Shown piece after piece: positions 1 through 12,621 of a stretch of 64,000 nucleotides of DNA; within the stretch, counting starts at the first letter, position 1, and each line of letters starts with the position of its first letter. Under the pieces are notes generated by a model. It was not told the origin of the DNA. It made no database searches and saw only the letters and a list, made by a program, of their open reading frames with translations. Made by a program: the position numbers and the translations under genes. The DNA comes from Octopus bimaculoides (lineage: Eukaryota), in contig NC_068982.1 in NCBI RefSeq assembly GCF_001194135.2, forward strand, positions 96,463,226 through 96,527,225. Reading direction: 5' to 3'.

Positions 1-62
1 ATCGAAACTGCGGTCCTATGACCGCGAGTCCACTGCCCTAAACACTGGGCCATTACGCCTCC
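1..62 (-). mobile_element. 5' tRNA-like head of SINE family A, cut by window edge
   Basis: Reverse complement ggaggcgtaatggcccagtgtttagggcagtggactcgcggtcataggaccgcagtttcgat matches the heads of the copies at 31151 and 46170. Confidence 0.85.
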
Positions 63-503
63 ACTTATTCTACATAGGAGCATGTTATTCAATATGTTTT
101 TAATACAGAAGGATGTGATTTGAGAATGATTTGGTTGTTATTTCTAGCCCTACAAGCCACTGTGTAGAAACTCGCTGCATTAGCTTATGGAGCCCTTAAG
201 CAAAGAATTTTACTTTCTTCATACCATCACCATCCAGCTTTTAATTTAAAAAAAAAAATTTTGTTGTTTCTTTTTCAGTAAGGTGCATCCAGCACACATT
301 GGAGGTGGGAGAAGTGAAGGTGGTGATGGTGACAGTGGGGGAAATGTATATCTTCTAGTTAGGACCATAACACTTTAAAATGTTCTGCACTTTGTTTTTA
401 TAAGATATTGTTATGTTTGTATATATATACACATACACACATGCATGTGTATATGTAAGGATTGATTATATGTGCTTACATACCTGCATATCAATCTCTC
501 TCA

Positions 504-535
<32 letters not shown>

Positions 536-684
536 ATTTGATTAGCTGCAGTTGCTATACTCAGGTTTTCACCCCATTTAACAGTGGCATGTTTTTCTGA
601 ATTGGTTAAAGAACATGTTTGCTTTGTTAATTATTTGCACAGTATGAGGAGAGACCCCAGGTATCAACTAAATACAATCTAGCA

Positions 685-708
685 TCAATACACACACACA
701 CATATATG

Positions 709-756
<48 letters not shown>

Positions 757-990
757 CACACACACACATTCTAAGAAACAGACACCTTTACCCAATTTGT
801 ATACACACCAACATAAACATATGAAACACAGATTTGAACACCAAATCCAGTGTACATAAACACACACATACACATACGAATACACATTCTCTCTCTCTCT
901 CTCTCTCATTCTTATACATAATACACACACACACACAAACACACACACATCAGCTTTATTCTTTCATTTTGTTATAACTGACATCTATCC

Positions 991-1082
<92 letters not shown>
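685..1082. repeat. Compound (CA)n/(TA)n/(CT)n microsatellite cluster
   Basis: Directly visible, including about 90 bp of (CT)n ending near 1082. Confidence 0.95.
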
Positions 1083-1086
<4 letters not shown>

Positions 1087-1257
1087 TCTTCACCCTATCT
1101 TGATATGTTTGTGTTTGTTGCTCTCTATTAATCAGTTAATTGACTAGGTTCAAGGTATTGCATAATTTCTATTGCAGAAATCCTCTGACACTAACTCACT
1201 CTCTCTCTCTGTCAGCTTCCCTATCTTTCTCTATACAAGTGTGTGTGCATGCACACT

Positions 1258-1450
1258 GTGAATACATAGGTACAAAACAAGGTGAAGAAAATAGTACTGG
1301 AATATCAGGATTTTGTTGAAACTAAAAAGCTTCACAAACTGTTACTCAGAATTTCACATAACTGATCATCAGGCAGAAGTTTGATGGTCAGTTATGTGAA
1401 ACACTGAGTAACAGTCTGGGAAGTTTTACAGCTTCAATAAAGCATTATAT
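1258..1450. mobile_element. Degenerate Penelope-like terminal repeat in inverted arrangement, with HHR-like motif in each arm
   Basis: 1312-1371 is an imperfect inverted repeat of about 1382-1442 around a ~10-nt spacer; each arm reads (C/T)TGATG(A/G)-TCAGTTATGT-GAAA-..TGAGTA-ACAGT. Confidence 0.55.
1338..1377 (-). ncRNA. Degenerate type I hammerhead ribozyme motif
   Basis: tctgc CTGATGA tca-gtta-tgt GAAA ttctgag T A acagt: core intact, GUA triplet, stems I and II partly mismatched. Confidence 0.4.
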
Positions 1451-1684
1451 TATCATCATCATCATCATCACATCCACTTTTCCATACTTGCATGAATCAA
1501 CACAATTTGTTGAGCACATTTTTTACTGCCAGATGCCTGCCCCACCTGATATTTTTTCATGAAAGACTAGAAATGAATGACACCACTTATATGAGAGTGA
1601 CTTGCTTACACATGCCAAAACAAGGGGACACAAACATGCATGCATACACACACACACACACACACACGCACACACATGCACACT

Positions 1685-1810
1685 AATGGGCTTCCTTCAG
1701 TTTCCATCTACCAAATCTACTCAAGGCTTTAGTAGAAAACACTTGCACTTGGTGCATACATTGGGACTGAACCCAAAACCATTTAGTTGGGAAGTTAACT
1801 ATTTAAACAC
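1685..1810 (-). mobile_element. Degraded SINE family B, 5' half
   Basis: gggcttccttcagtttccatctaccaaatctactcaaggc...gggactgaacccaaaacc matches 57455-57600. Confidence 0.7.
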
Positions 1811-1824
1811 ACAACCATACCTGC

Positions 1825-1887
<63 letters not shown>

Positions 1888-1933
1888 ACATATTTTCGTA
1901 CACATACACACTCAATTTTTTATATGCTCCTGC

Positions 1934-2199
1934 CAACCTGACTGGTTCCTGTGCCTGTGGCATGTAAAAAGCACCAATCAAGCATGGTCAATGCCTGAGT
2001 CACCTGACTGACCCCCATGCCGGTGGCACATAAAAAGCACCCACTACACTCTCAATGGTTGTCATTAGGAATGGCATCCAGCTGTAGAAACCTTGCCAGA
2101 TCAGATTGTAACCTGGTGCAGCATCCTGGCTTGCTAGTTCTCAGTCAAACTGTCCAATCCATGCCAGCATGGAAAGTGGACGTTAAACAATGATGATGA
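1934..2199 (+). mobile_element. RTE LINE 3' UTR fragment (family C) with (GAT)n tail
   Basis: ggcatccagctgtagaaacc...ccatgccagcatggaaagtggacgttaaacaatgatgatg; homologous to 17760-17970. Confidence 0.75.
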
Positions 2200-2503
2200 T
2201 ATATATGTATATAGATGCGTTCTTACATGTGTATGTATGTGTGCATATATCATATTCCCTTTCATCATCTGATTGCTCATCCCATTGTTTCATGGTAGCA
2301 TTGACTTTACAATGAAACCATCTTCCTAACACTAGGATTGTTCATCAGAGTCCCAAGACAGTTTATATTGAAGTTAGACAGGTTTATTATTGAGAGAGGG
2401 TGGTGGGGAAGAGATTCACAAAGACAGTGTTAAGGAAAAAGTGTGACAAGAGGGAAAATAAAAAGTAGTGCTAAGGCTTGTGAGAGGAAGTTAGTGATAG
2501 GAC

Positions 2504-3540
2504 CAGGGGCCTCAGTTGCCTTAAAAATGTGAAGGGGACAAACCAACATTTGTTGAAACCTAAAGGAGCATGTTAGTATTGCTTATGGTGCCTTTCCCAG
2601 ACCCTATCACATCAGTAAAATTTTACACTAATTAAATTTTTTCTATATTCAAATGAAGTTCAGATATAAAAAAAAAAAAAGCTTAAAAATAATTTATTAT
2701 ATCAAATAAACAAAAAATTTAACATAGATGTTTGAATAATAAAATATAAAATAAATTTATTGTCTTTTAGAACTTTCCAAATATATCATATCTTGCATCA
2801 TTGTTGTCAATAAATAATTTAGCAACTTCTTCACAACTAATCTTTTTTAAAACATCTCTATGCACATTAGAATATGATTCAACCTTTTCTAAGTCATGGT
2901 CGATTGCAGCCAAGTTTTGAATCTCTGCAGAGTGCCAAAAGATCTTTCAGCTTCACAAGAACTAGTTGGAAACACTAAACGTAGCCAGAGCATTCGCTCA
3001 GCATTTGGAAACATGCGATGGACTTCTGGTTGCATTTCACTAAATATTTTACAATAATGATTTCTATTAAAAAGTATTTATTTCTTAAAGAAAGTTCATC
3101 AAGCTCCAGATACTGCATGATCACTTCAGCACAAAAATTTCCATTGAGTAAAACATTGCTCAGTTTTTCATAATCTACTAAATCCTGTAAAAAAAAAAAA
3201 ATATCTTTCAGATTTGTTATTGCAGTATCCACTACCTGCAAATACTGCACTCTGTAATAATCTAAAACAGTGCAGTGTTGATATTTTAATGTATTTCCTT
3301 CCTGGTACTTTTAGGAACTTTTCGTTGCCTGGGTAGCTCCAAAGGAGAAATATTGAGTTAATAAATCATTCTTTCTGCTGTATTGAACAGCTCCTGAAAT
3401 TTTTCTTCACTGCATAGATTTTTTAGCTCCTCTTGATACTATGCAACATGTCACCTGGATTGATGGTGGTACTTTGTTTTTTAATTGGGAAAAAGTAGGG
3501 GAGACTTGTCCCTTGGTACCCCACTGAAACAATGCTCTTG
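2504..3540 (-). mobile_element. Internally deleted hAT DNA transposon (~1.04 kb)
   Basis: Carries a transposase C-terminal remnant; near-identical 8-bp flanks gataggac (2496-2503) and aataggac (3541-3548); degenerate ends caggggcct / caagagcat. Confidence 0.65.
2767..3440 (-). pseudogene. hAT transposase C-terminal remnant with dimerization domain (ZMYM1/PRKRIR-like group)
   Basis: Across frameshifts: LELPRQRKVPK, DYYRVQYLQVVDTAITNLK, VFPTSSCEAERSFGTLQRFKTWLQSTMT*KRLNH, IDNNDARYDIFGKF*. Fits the hAT motif SCEAERSFS.L.R.K.WLRSTM...RLN. Confidence 0.85.
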
Positions 3541-4010
3541 AATAGGACAATTGAGAGGGTTGAATAGGAGGAAATGCAATGCTACTCCATGTTATGCATG
3601 GGTAGATAATGTGGTACTTGACAATTAAGAATTGGGTCATATTTTCAAGGTAACACCACCAAAAGTGCATTGCAACAATCAGGGAATCAGAATCAGGGAG
3701 GATGGTAAAAGCTGCCAGAGTAATCCCTCTCTGTTCAATGATAATAACCGAGGAGAAAGGTGGGGTAGCAGGCTATAGCTGGTGGAGGTGTGAAGAAGAG
3801 AAATATTCAGTGTGCACAAATTGAGTATTTTTCTTTCAGTTGTGAACAGCATAGCATGATGAGTAGAAGAAAGGATAAGAAAATGAGAAGGGACAGAATA
3901 GGCACAGTAATTGGGAGAGTAGATGCGGGCAGGGTGCATACACTACCCCAATATTTCAAAAAAGTATTTGGCCAAGCTTATATGTGAGATTAGGTCTTCT
4001 GTAGCACCAA
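3541..4010 (-). mobile_element. Possible very old LINE remnant interrupted by the hAT element (similar sequence at ~2290-2503)
   Basis: CT-rich minus strand on both sides of the hAT; weak endonuclease-like words (LTILPDSDSLIVAM); no clean motif. Confidence 0.3.
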
Positions 4011-4072
4011 ATATCATCATAGTCACCTTGCATCTCCTTTATCAGTTGGGGCCCATTTTTCTTACTCACTTG

Positions 4073-4110
<38 letters not shown>

Positions 4111-5398
4111 TCTATACATACATACATACATACACACACATGTACATATATGTGTGTGTATATGTTTGTATGTTAACTTTGATGTTGGTTTGGTATCATG
4201 AAAATATCAAAAGCACTTGATAAACATCTCTCGCTCTCTTTCTCTTTTTCTGTACACACACACACACACATTTTCTCTTCACATGGTCAAACATACAAAG
4301 TAAGTTAAAACACATATGTACAATTTCTGTATAGTCTCCTTATTTTACTATCTCCAATCAAGTGTTGTGCACAAGTTCTGGTCTAATTGTTACAGAGAAG
4401 TCAGCTTTTGTAACTTACTAGAAATTTTGTTAATTATCTAAGTTTGTTGGCCAACTCAAGCTGACTTCTGTCTCTCTTTTTTTCTCTCTTCTCCTTCTGC
4501 TCCCCCCTCTCTCTCTCTCCCTCCCATTTTCTGAGTGCTAGTATGTGTGTAAACCAGTCAGTCTTAAAAGGTTTGTGTATATGTGTAGGGCTTGTTTCTG
4601 TGTTTGTTGGGTGTTATGTATTGTAGGAGAATTCTCTGGGAACTGTGTGTATGAATGTGTGCCAGTATTTCAGTTTTGTGAGAGAGTTCGTATAAATTAC
4701 TGTTCTGCTGAAGAAGATAAGTGTATGAATATGTGTGTCTCTTAGTGTATGTCAGTATGGTTGTCAGTGTCTGTGATCATGTTATAAATATATGAGTCAG
4801 TTATATAATATTGCTGTCTTATTTGAGGAAGATATCCAAAATACACTATAAGGTTTATTAATTTACTAGCTTAAAGCCACACTCCATGCAAACTTTTCAG
4901 CTATCTCCTATGGAGGGCTGATTAGGTCTGCAGCCCAAAACAAAAGAGAGCTAAATAGCATGACTATAATATGTCTATAATGACTATATGCCCTGGTGGT
5001 GTTTGATCAGTGGTTAAGGACAGATGAGAATTAATTCTGTAATGCAATCATTCTATTGTTCCAGTCCCAAATTGAATTCCAACTGTTGGCCAATTTGTCC
5101 CAAAGTTCTTATCTCGACATAAAAGTAACAAAGTGAATGTCATTTATCTCCTCCTTGATCTCTGACATCATCTGACAAATGTCAAGCAAGATGGTGTGAA
5201 TCAGCGAGGCTTTACCTCCTAGAAATAGCAGCCCAAATGCTTTTAAATCAGATTTCAATGCTGGATGTTCAAGAACCAAATGAAGGGTAGATTTTCAATC
5301 CTGGGATCATGTATAATATGTTCTTGAAGAGCAAATGTAGACTGAGATATAGGGGTCCCAGAGAGAATTTCACTTTTATTAATTATAGATTAATCAAT

Positions 5399-5625
5399 TA
5401 AGGTAGCAAGCTGGTAGTGTTATTACTATGCTGGACAAAATGCTTAGCAGCATTTCTTCCAGCTCTTTACATTCTGAGTTCAAATGCCCCTATGGTCAGC
5501 TTTGTTTTTCATCTTTTCAGGATTGACAAAACAAGTAGCAGTTGAGCACTGGAGTCAATGTAATTGACATTTCCCCTCCTTTCAAAATTGCTGATCCTTG
5601 GCCAAGATTAGAAAGAATTTATTAA
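5399..5625 (+). mobile_element. SINE family D (tRNA-like head plus core ctttcatcctttcggggtcgataaaataagtacc)
   Basis: Homologous to copies at 7315-7455(-), 9438-9680, 11330-11755(-, two), 20279-20955, 24365-24545, 32845-33085(-), 50270-50480, 61880-62010(-). Confidence 0.75.
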
Positions 5626-5874
5626 TCAGTTTTGTATAAAATATTGCTTTGAAACAGTGTTAGTGTTGCTGTTGTGCTGACCTATCACATGGAAGTAGCT
5701 AACAAAATTTGTTGGTAATCACACATTTATCATCATATTTATAGAGTTGTACAGTATCCAATGTAACAAGTTTCTGCATTTGACAAACATTCTTACTTTG
5801 GTTACACTGTCTCTATTGTCTGAATATTTCAGAAACAGTAGGTCCCTATTTTGAAAATGTTGGGGATTCTGTAA

Positions 5875-5911
<37 letters not shown>

Positions 5912-6201
5912 ACATATGAATTATGTGTATGTGTATGGTATGCATATGTAGTTCTCTCACAAAAATACAAGAACTTATCAATTATTCAAAATAAAGTCTT
6001 TTGCCTTAAAATAGCATTCATACAAGAAACACAAATGAGCTTAATGCAACCTTCTGTAACTGTAAGTTGAAGCATCCCCACTCATTTGAATTAAACTCAC
6101 TGACTCCATCCCAATTTGCTTCATTTGATTCACACCCACCATAAGGAATCTACTGAAATTTGAACCAGCATTCAACAACTGCTTCCATTTTGTCCACTTT
6201 A

Positions 6202-6535
6202 GGCGCAGGAGTGGCTGTGTGGTAAGTAGCTTGCTTACCAACCACATGGTTCCGGGTTCAGTCCCACTGTGTGACATCTTGGGCAGGTGTCTTCTATTAT
6301 AGCCTCGGGCCGACCAAAGCCTTGTGAGTGGATTTGGTAGACGGAAACTGAAAGAAGCCCGTCGTATATATGTNNNNNNNNNNNNNNNNNNNNNNNNNNN
6401 NNNNNNNNNNNNNNNNNNNNNNNNNNNNNNNNNNNNNNNNNNNNNNNNNNNNNNNNNNNNNNNNNNNNNNNNNNNNNNNNNNNNNNNNNNNNNNNNNNNN
6501 NNNNNNNNNNNNNNNNNNNNNNNNNNNNNNNNNNN

Positions 6536-6584
<49 letters not shown>

Positions 6585-6788
6585 CTCTGTGTTTGTCTCC
6601 CCTAGCATTTCTTGACAACCGATGCTGGTGTGTTTATGTCCCCGTCACTTAGCTGTTCGGCAAAAGAGACCAATAGAATAAGTACTAGGCTTACAAAGAA
6701 TAAGTCCCGAGGTCGATTTGGTCAACTAAAGGCGGTGCTCCAGCATGGCCGCAGTCAAATGACTGAAACAAGTAAAAGAGTAAAGAGA
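6202..6788 (+). mobile_element. Full-length SINE family B with internal microsatellite and N gap
   Basis: Head ggcgcaggagtggctgtgtggtaag...ggttcagtccc (A/B-box-like), (TA)n/(TG)n centre with gap 6374-6535, tail ...cagtcaaatgactgaaacaagtaaaagag. Confidence 0.9.
6374..6535. other. Assembly gap (N run); others at 17656-17734, 35914-35940, 56670-56679
   Basis: Directly visible; all four lie in or beside tandem repeats. Confidence 0.95.
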
Positions 6789-6832
6789 GTTCTGCAATCA
6801 TAAAATGAAATTTATTTCAACTAAGACTTTAA

Positions 6833-7054
6833 CCCTTTAGCATTCAGATTACTCTGTCAAATTTCGAGCTTATTTATTCACACTGTTTTGAATTAGTCAT
6901 GCATTATCTTGTAGCTTTAAGATTTTGATGGTGTGATAGTTTATTTTTAGAATGACATTGTAGTGAAGATGTGGGAGGCCAGATCTGGCTCATTTGAACT
7001 TCAAATGAATAGGATATTTTGGCTGAATATGGTTGGTTTAAATGCTAATATGGG
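6833..7054. mobile_element. piggyBac-like MITE with TTAA target site
   Basis: TTAA|ccctttagcatt ... aatgctaatatggg|TTAA; second copy inverted at 42002-42199. Confidence 0.8.
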
Positions 7055-8719
7055 TTAAGTATCACCTGATAGCTTATTTGACCAATCGTATTCAACTACT
7101 AGTTGAATAAGCCATTAAACAAAACTTAGTTCCAGTCGAAACAAATTTTATAATGAATTTGACTCTTCTTTCTACCTATTAGTAAATGTCTACCTATGAG
7201 TAAATGTTCTGTAGTTATTCTTATTCTTGCTATAGAATAATCACTTGAAATCAACACACTCATGCACACATACACACATGTCCATATAAGCAGTTGTACA
7301 ATTAATTCTTTCTATTATAAATACAGGGCTTGAAGTTTTGCGGGAGTGGGTAAGTCAATTACATCAGCCCCATGCTCGACTGGTACTTATTTCATCAACC
7401 CCAAAAGGATAAAAGGCAAAGTTGACCTCAGCAGAATTTGATCTCAGAACATAAAGTTGGAAGATAGTTGCACAATTAGTGCAGACTGTTCAATTAATAT
7501 GCTACATTTCTCATTCCCAAATTTTTCTGTTTTGCCCTTGGCTATGTATACCTGCCGTCCCACACCACAACCACTGGATTTTCTTTTACTATATTCACTC
7601 CACCATTCAACTTGTAGTATTCCCAGACTACTACCTGGTAACCTATCAATCTGGACACATTGTGAGAGCACAGTGTATTCAGACTGTCACACTATCCTCA
7701 AGGCCAACAAGCATCATATCATAAGGTGCTCAGTGAGATTTCAGTTTGTAATCATGAAGTATGTATGTAAAACATTGCATATCCCTTCACATTACTCTTA
7801 AATATTCATTAAAAAACCTTTAGTACCATATTAATGTGGAGTGGCACTAGCATACTAGATGTAAGCAAGCCAAGAAGTTACACCTGTATGAGAATAGTCA
7901 TTATCTAAATGACTAATCCTGGTAAAAAGAAATGGTGGGGATGGTGGGAGACATTCTTGAAATTTTAATTACTATCAATTAAAAATAGAATGTGATGGAA
8001 ATAGGTCTAATCTTGAGTAGTGTGGTGCCTACTATAAATGTACTTTGTCTTATTGGATCACTTCAAGGTTTAGTAAATAAAAGGTAGGCTTCCTACAGCC
8101 TGTGAGCCAACTCTTGCCTGCAAAGGGATTTTGACAGGCTTGTATGCAACTATTTTGATGCTTATCTGGCCATAAATGATTTTTACCCTTTATTCTAAGC
8201 ATTTCAAAGTGAACTTTCAAGCAACACATGGCATCAAATTCTGCACTGGTCCTTTGATTGAATTAAATTATATATTTTTCTTTTTTATACTTAATTAACC
8301 TCCATTCAGTTCATCATGTTCATACTTTTCATGCTCTAATTGTTTTTTGAATGTTTTAATAGATTCAGTAGATACCTTATTCAAACCTTGTGCAATTAAA
8401 TTAAGTTTTTTGATTATTTAGCATACTTTACAAAGCAAAAATGATTTTCTAGTATGCCTCATTGATTTAGTGAAAAATATAACTCAACGTACTTCAATGA
8501 ATTGGCATATTTCAAAATTTTTACACCTTTTATCTGGCCCGCTTGCCATTGTTTAATATGTTATTCATCTTGCAAATGCAAAAAGGCTGCTGACTTTTTC
8601 TTGTTCAACTTTCTACAGAAATTGACTGAATAAAGAAGTAAAGAGGACTTCAGAGATATACAGAAAGTGACATTATAAATTAAAAGAATGACTGTGAAAA
8701 AATACCCAGGAATGCATAC

Positions 8720-9065
8720 CACATGACTGTATGATTAAGAAGCTTGATCTCAGGTTCAATCCCACTGTGTGGCACCTTGGGCAAGTAACTTCTGCTGTAG
8801 CCTGGGGCCAACCAAAGCTTTATGTGTGCCCTTGTCTTGATATCATGTGGTAGTTGTAAATAAGCATCAATCTCATGCAAGTAATATTGTTCATTTCCAA
8901 TCTTCTATGTAAAACATGTCTGACCATAGGAAATATTTCTTTACTTGGAATCAGATGAGAGTTGGTAACAGGAAGGGTATCCAGTCATAGAAATATCTGC
9001 CTCAAATTCCATCTGACCCATGTAAGCATTGGAAAAGTTGACATTTAATGATGATGATGATGATG
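8720..9065 (+). mobile_element. SINE with family-B-type head/core and RTE-type (GAT)n tail
   Basis: Head catgactgtatgattaagaagcttg...ggttcaatcccactgtgtggcaccttgggcaag; tail gacccatgtaagcattggaaaagttgacatttaatgatgatg resembles the family C end. Confidence 0.65.
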
Positions 9066-9117
9066 ATCTGTCCAAAATTAACTCAAGCTATTAAACAAAA
9101 ACACACATAATGCCACT

Positions 9118-9340
9118 TACTCAGTCTTGTTGGCATATAAGTGACTAAGATCACAATATTCCTCCTGAACAGGACACCAGTCCATTGCAGGGTTACTCAT
9201 TTACTGCTGAGTGGACTGGAGCAACATGAAATGAAGTGTCTTGCTCAAGAACACAATGTGTCACCCGGTACAGGAATCAGTACTTGAATCTTGTGATCAT
9301 GCATGCATCACCCTAACCCCTAGACCACAAGTCTTCGCTC
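9118..9340 (-). mobile_element. tRNA-derived SINE family E
   Basis: Minus strand tggtctaggggttagg...tgtgttcttgagcaagacacttcatttcatgttgctccagtccactcagc; related copies at 23830-24075(-) and 24597-24870(+). Confidence 0.7.
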
Positions 9341-9390
9341 CAACATATTCAACACATTTAATTTCTATGGCTCATTGTGGTTTGTCATCA

Positions 9391-9425
<35 letters not shown>

Positions 9426-10934
9426 ATAGTAGTAGTAGCAGGTAGCAAATTGGCAGAGTCAGTGTATCAGGCAGAATACCTCACAGTCTTTGTTCTGAAT
9501 TGCTGCACCATAAGTTCAATTCCCATTATGGTCATCATTGCTTTTGTTCCTTTGAATGGAAAAAGTACCAAGCTGGGGTGGTGGATTGGCTGGGCTGTAA
9601 GAACGTCATAGGATGCTTTCTGGTATTCTTTCCCTGCTCTTTGCATTCTGAGTTTAGATTCCACTGTAGCCTACTTGGCTTCAGTCAGTAGACTTATTCT
9701 CTCACCACTTGACTCTTTGCATGTCTTTAGCAGAGTCCACTCTTTTGCAAGCATTTGAGCCAGATTTCCAGTTTGAAGATATTTCCCTCCTTTTCTCTCA
9801 CTTTTTTTCAGAGGCCCTTTAAAGGGTTATGAGTACTGCCTTCTCTCCTACTGAAACATAAAAATAAAATGTAGTCACTATTCTGCTGTGGTAATGTGGG
9901 GTACAGTGTAACTCCAATATGTTTCTGCTGAAGCAGAGTTATAATATTTAGCAACTGGTTGGCCTTTCAATCCAGCACATTATAAGTACCATGATTCAAT
10001 TCTCTGTTGTTTTTTTACTAATGAGGTACAGGAAGAAGTTTCGCATGTGTGTGCAAGAAAGAGAGTGAGAGAGTGTGTACATGGTCAGTTTATTTTATTT
10101 TCCAGTAAAAAAGAAACAAAAACATTTCAAATATCTTTAGTACGTGCGTGTTTGAATGTGTGCATATCAAGTGTGTGAGCTTAAAAAAAGGAAGAAACAG
10201 AAGTTTGGTAGAGGACAAAGGGGGTAGAGAGAGAAAGAGAAATGGTCATGATTTAAAATCACTCAATACTCCTTCAACCATGATGACGGAAATGAAAATA
10301 GTAATAAAAAAAGGTATGAACATTAAAGAGATATATGATATGTTATAAACTGACATGACTTAAGTATCGATCACCTCTCTCTCTATTCTAGAATAACCAA
10401 ATTCTACTACTGATTACCTCAAATGTAATGAATCAAATCTGGGACATTTGATGTACATACGTCATGATGGCTTTTTGTCTGTATTTAATATATATATATA
10501 TAGCTGATGTCGCACACTTAGAGCAAGAAATAAGCTTCCGGTGAATGAACGTCATGGGCTCCAATCCTAGAGGATACCATTTCACTTCACTAGTGATATT
10601 AATGTTGTTAGGTATGAAATCAATCAGTGTTTCTCATATAGATGTGGGCGAAGATTGAAAAAGGGACAGACATATGGCCGTGTATATTGAAATTAAGGTG
10701 GTTTTCAACTTTATGAACTTGTCCAACATTATGGCTAAGATAAAATAATTATATGGATATATATATATATATATATACTCTATTTTGTCTTCTCTTTAAT
10801 AAAGAGGTGAAGATAGACAGAAGTTTCACTGATATTTGGAGCAAGGCTTAGTGTTTGTTATTTTGAGAACCAAAGCTGTGATTATCACAACTTCCTGTTT
10901 TTCTCTCTTCAAAAATATTGGTGTGTGTATGTGC

Positions 10935-11250
10935 AGGCATGGCTATGTGATTAAGAAGCTCACTTTGCAACCACAGAGATCAGTTTCAGTCCCAATACAC
11001 ACTACTTTGGGCCAACGAATCTGGTAAATAGAAACTGTAGAAACATGCTGTGTGTGTGTTTTCTTCCCCACACCATCACCACTTGACAACCATTGTTGGT
11101 TTGTGTATGGCCCTATGACTTAGCCTTTTGGTGAAAGAAACTGATAGAATAAGCACCAAACTTTAAAAAATACAAACAAGCATTTGGGGTTGATTTGTTC
11201 AATGAAACCCTTTAAAGTGGTGCCCAAGCATGGCCACCTCCAGTGACTGA
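10935..11250 (+). mobile_element. Degraded SINE family B-like copy (another at 23355-23700)
   Basis: ggcatggctatgtgattaagaagc head and ...gactgaaacaagtaaaag tail. Confidence 0.7.
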
Positions 11251-12223
11251 AACAAGTAAAAGATTTTTTTTTCTTTTTTTTTTTTTTTTACCTCAGTTCT
11301 TTCTTGCAATAAGTATAATTAGAAAAATGATTTCTAACATTGGCAGCAGGAGAACACAGTTGAGTAAACTGATTCCCAAGGAATTTTGAAATAATTGTTT
11401 CTACTTTAAGCACAAGGCTATCACTTTATATCAACCCTGGCACTTGACTGGTACTCTATTTCATCAACCCTGAATGGATGAAAGACAAAGTTGATCTTGA
11501 CACAATTTAAACTCAAAACACAACTAAAAAGTCAAATACCAAATAATGATGATGACTAATGATGATAATGCCAAAAACACTTTCTGAATAAACACCGGAC
11601 CTCAAAATTAGGAGCAAAGTTTCCCTAATATTTAACATATTTTATCTCCTGAAGAATGAAAAGAGAAGTCGATCCTGGTGGAATTTGAACTCAGAATGTA
11701 AGTGGACCCAACTAAATATGACAAGGCATTTTGTCCACTTCATTTTGTCATGCACTAATAATAATGTAATTATAATAATTTCTCTCACTGTCACATGAGT
11801 AACAGTGAAACAGGGCTACAATGAAATAATGAAGGTGTACAGAAACATGTGTATGCATGTGCATGTGTGTGTGAAAGAGAGTAGATGGTGGTGCTGATTA
11901 CCTTCTTGTTGGCCCTTATGGAGCAGCCCTATAATCAAAAGCCATATCTACCCCATCTCTTTAATATATCTAGGACTACACTGCCTCCAGTGTGTGTGTT
12001 GTGTGTGCATGCGCGCTTAAAAAATACTATAGGGCATGGTTTAACCCTTTTGACACCAACCTGCCTGAGACTGCCTCAGGTTCTATGATACAAACTTCCA
12101 GTTTTAAAGTGATCTAAATTAAATCATCCATCGAAATTCCCTGCTAAGTAATGTTCTAAACACTAACTTAATAATGAGAGTTACTTCACTGAATTCTTCA
12201 TTATTTTCAAAATTATTTTAAGC

Positions 12224-12288
12224 CAGTGGTTTCCAACCTGGGGTCCGCAAAGGTAGTACTGTGGTCCTTGAACTAAATTCAAAATTTC

Positions 12289-12322
<34 letters not shown>

Positions 12323-12438
12323 TTAGGGAATACTATATATTTATATATTTTTTATACTGTGAAACTTAATTTAATTTTAATTTTTAATAAATTGATTTTA
12401 ATTGAGTTTTTACCTGTAATATTGGATTTTATCGCTAA

Positions 12439-12471
<33 letters not shown>

Positions 12472-12592
12472 GCACACACACACACACACACACACATGCG
12501 CGTGCACACACAATATATATACACATAAGGATAAGCATACTAAAAGGGGTCCATGGGAAAACTCATTTAAATAAAAGGGTTGGGAACTATGG
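12224..12592. mobile_element. hAT (Charlie-like) MITE with perfect 8-bp TSD
   Basis: TSD ttttaagc at 12216-12223 and 12593-12600; TIRs cagtggtttccaacc / ggttgggaactatgg; related copy at 32289-32453. Confidence 0.85.
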
Positions 12593-12621
12593 TTTTAAGC
12601 AAATGGAGTTTTTCAACAGAA

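Noticed and set aside
2325-2352. Other CTGATGA occurrences on the minus strand (near 2345, 19295, 25545, 55280)
   Set aside because: No downstream GAAA with flanking helices; expected by chance.
8070-8600. Possible Charlie-like MITE
   Set aside because: Internal ctggcccgcttgcca word is suggestive, but TIRs and TSD are too decayed to define.
10500-10545. ctgatgt...gaaa hammerhead-like spacing
   Set aside because: A9 is missing and no convincing stem I or II.
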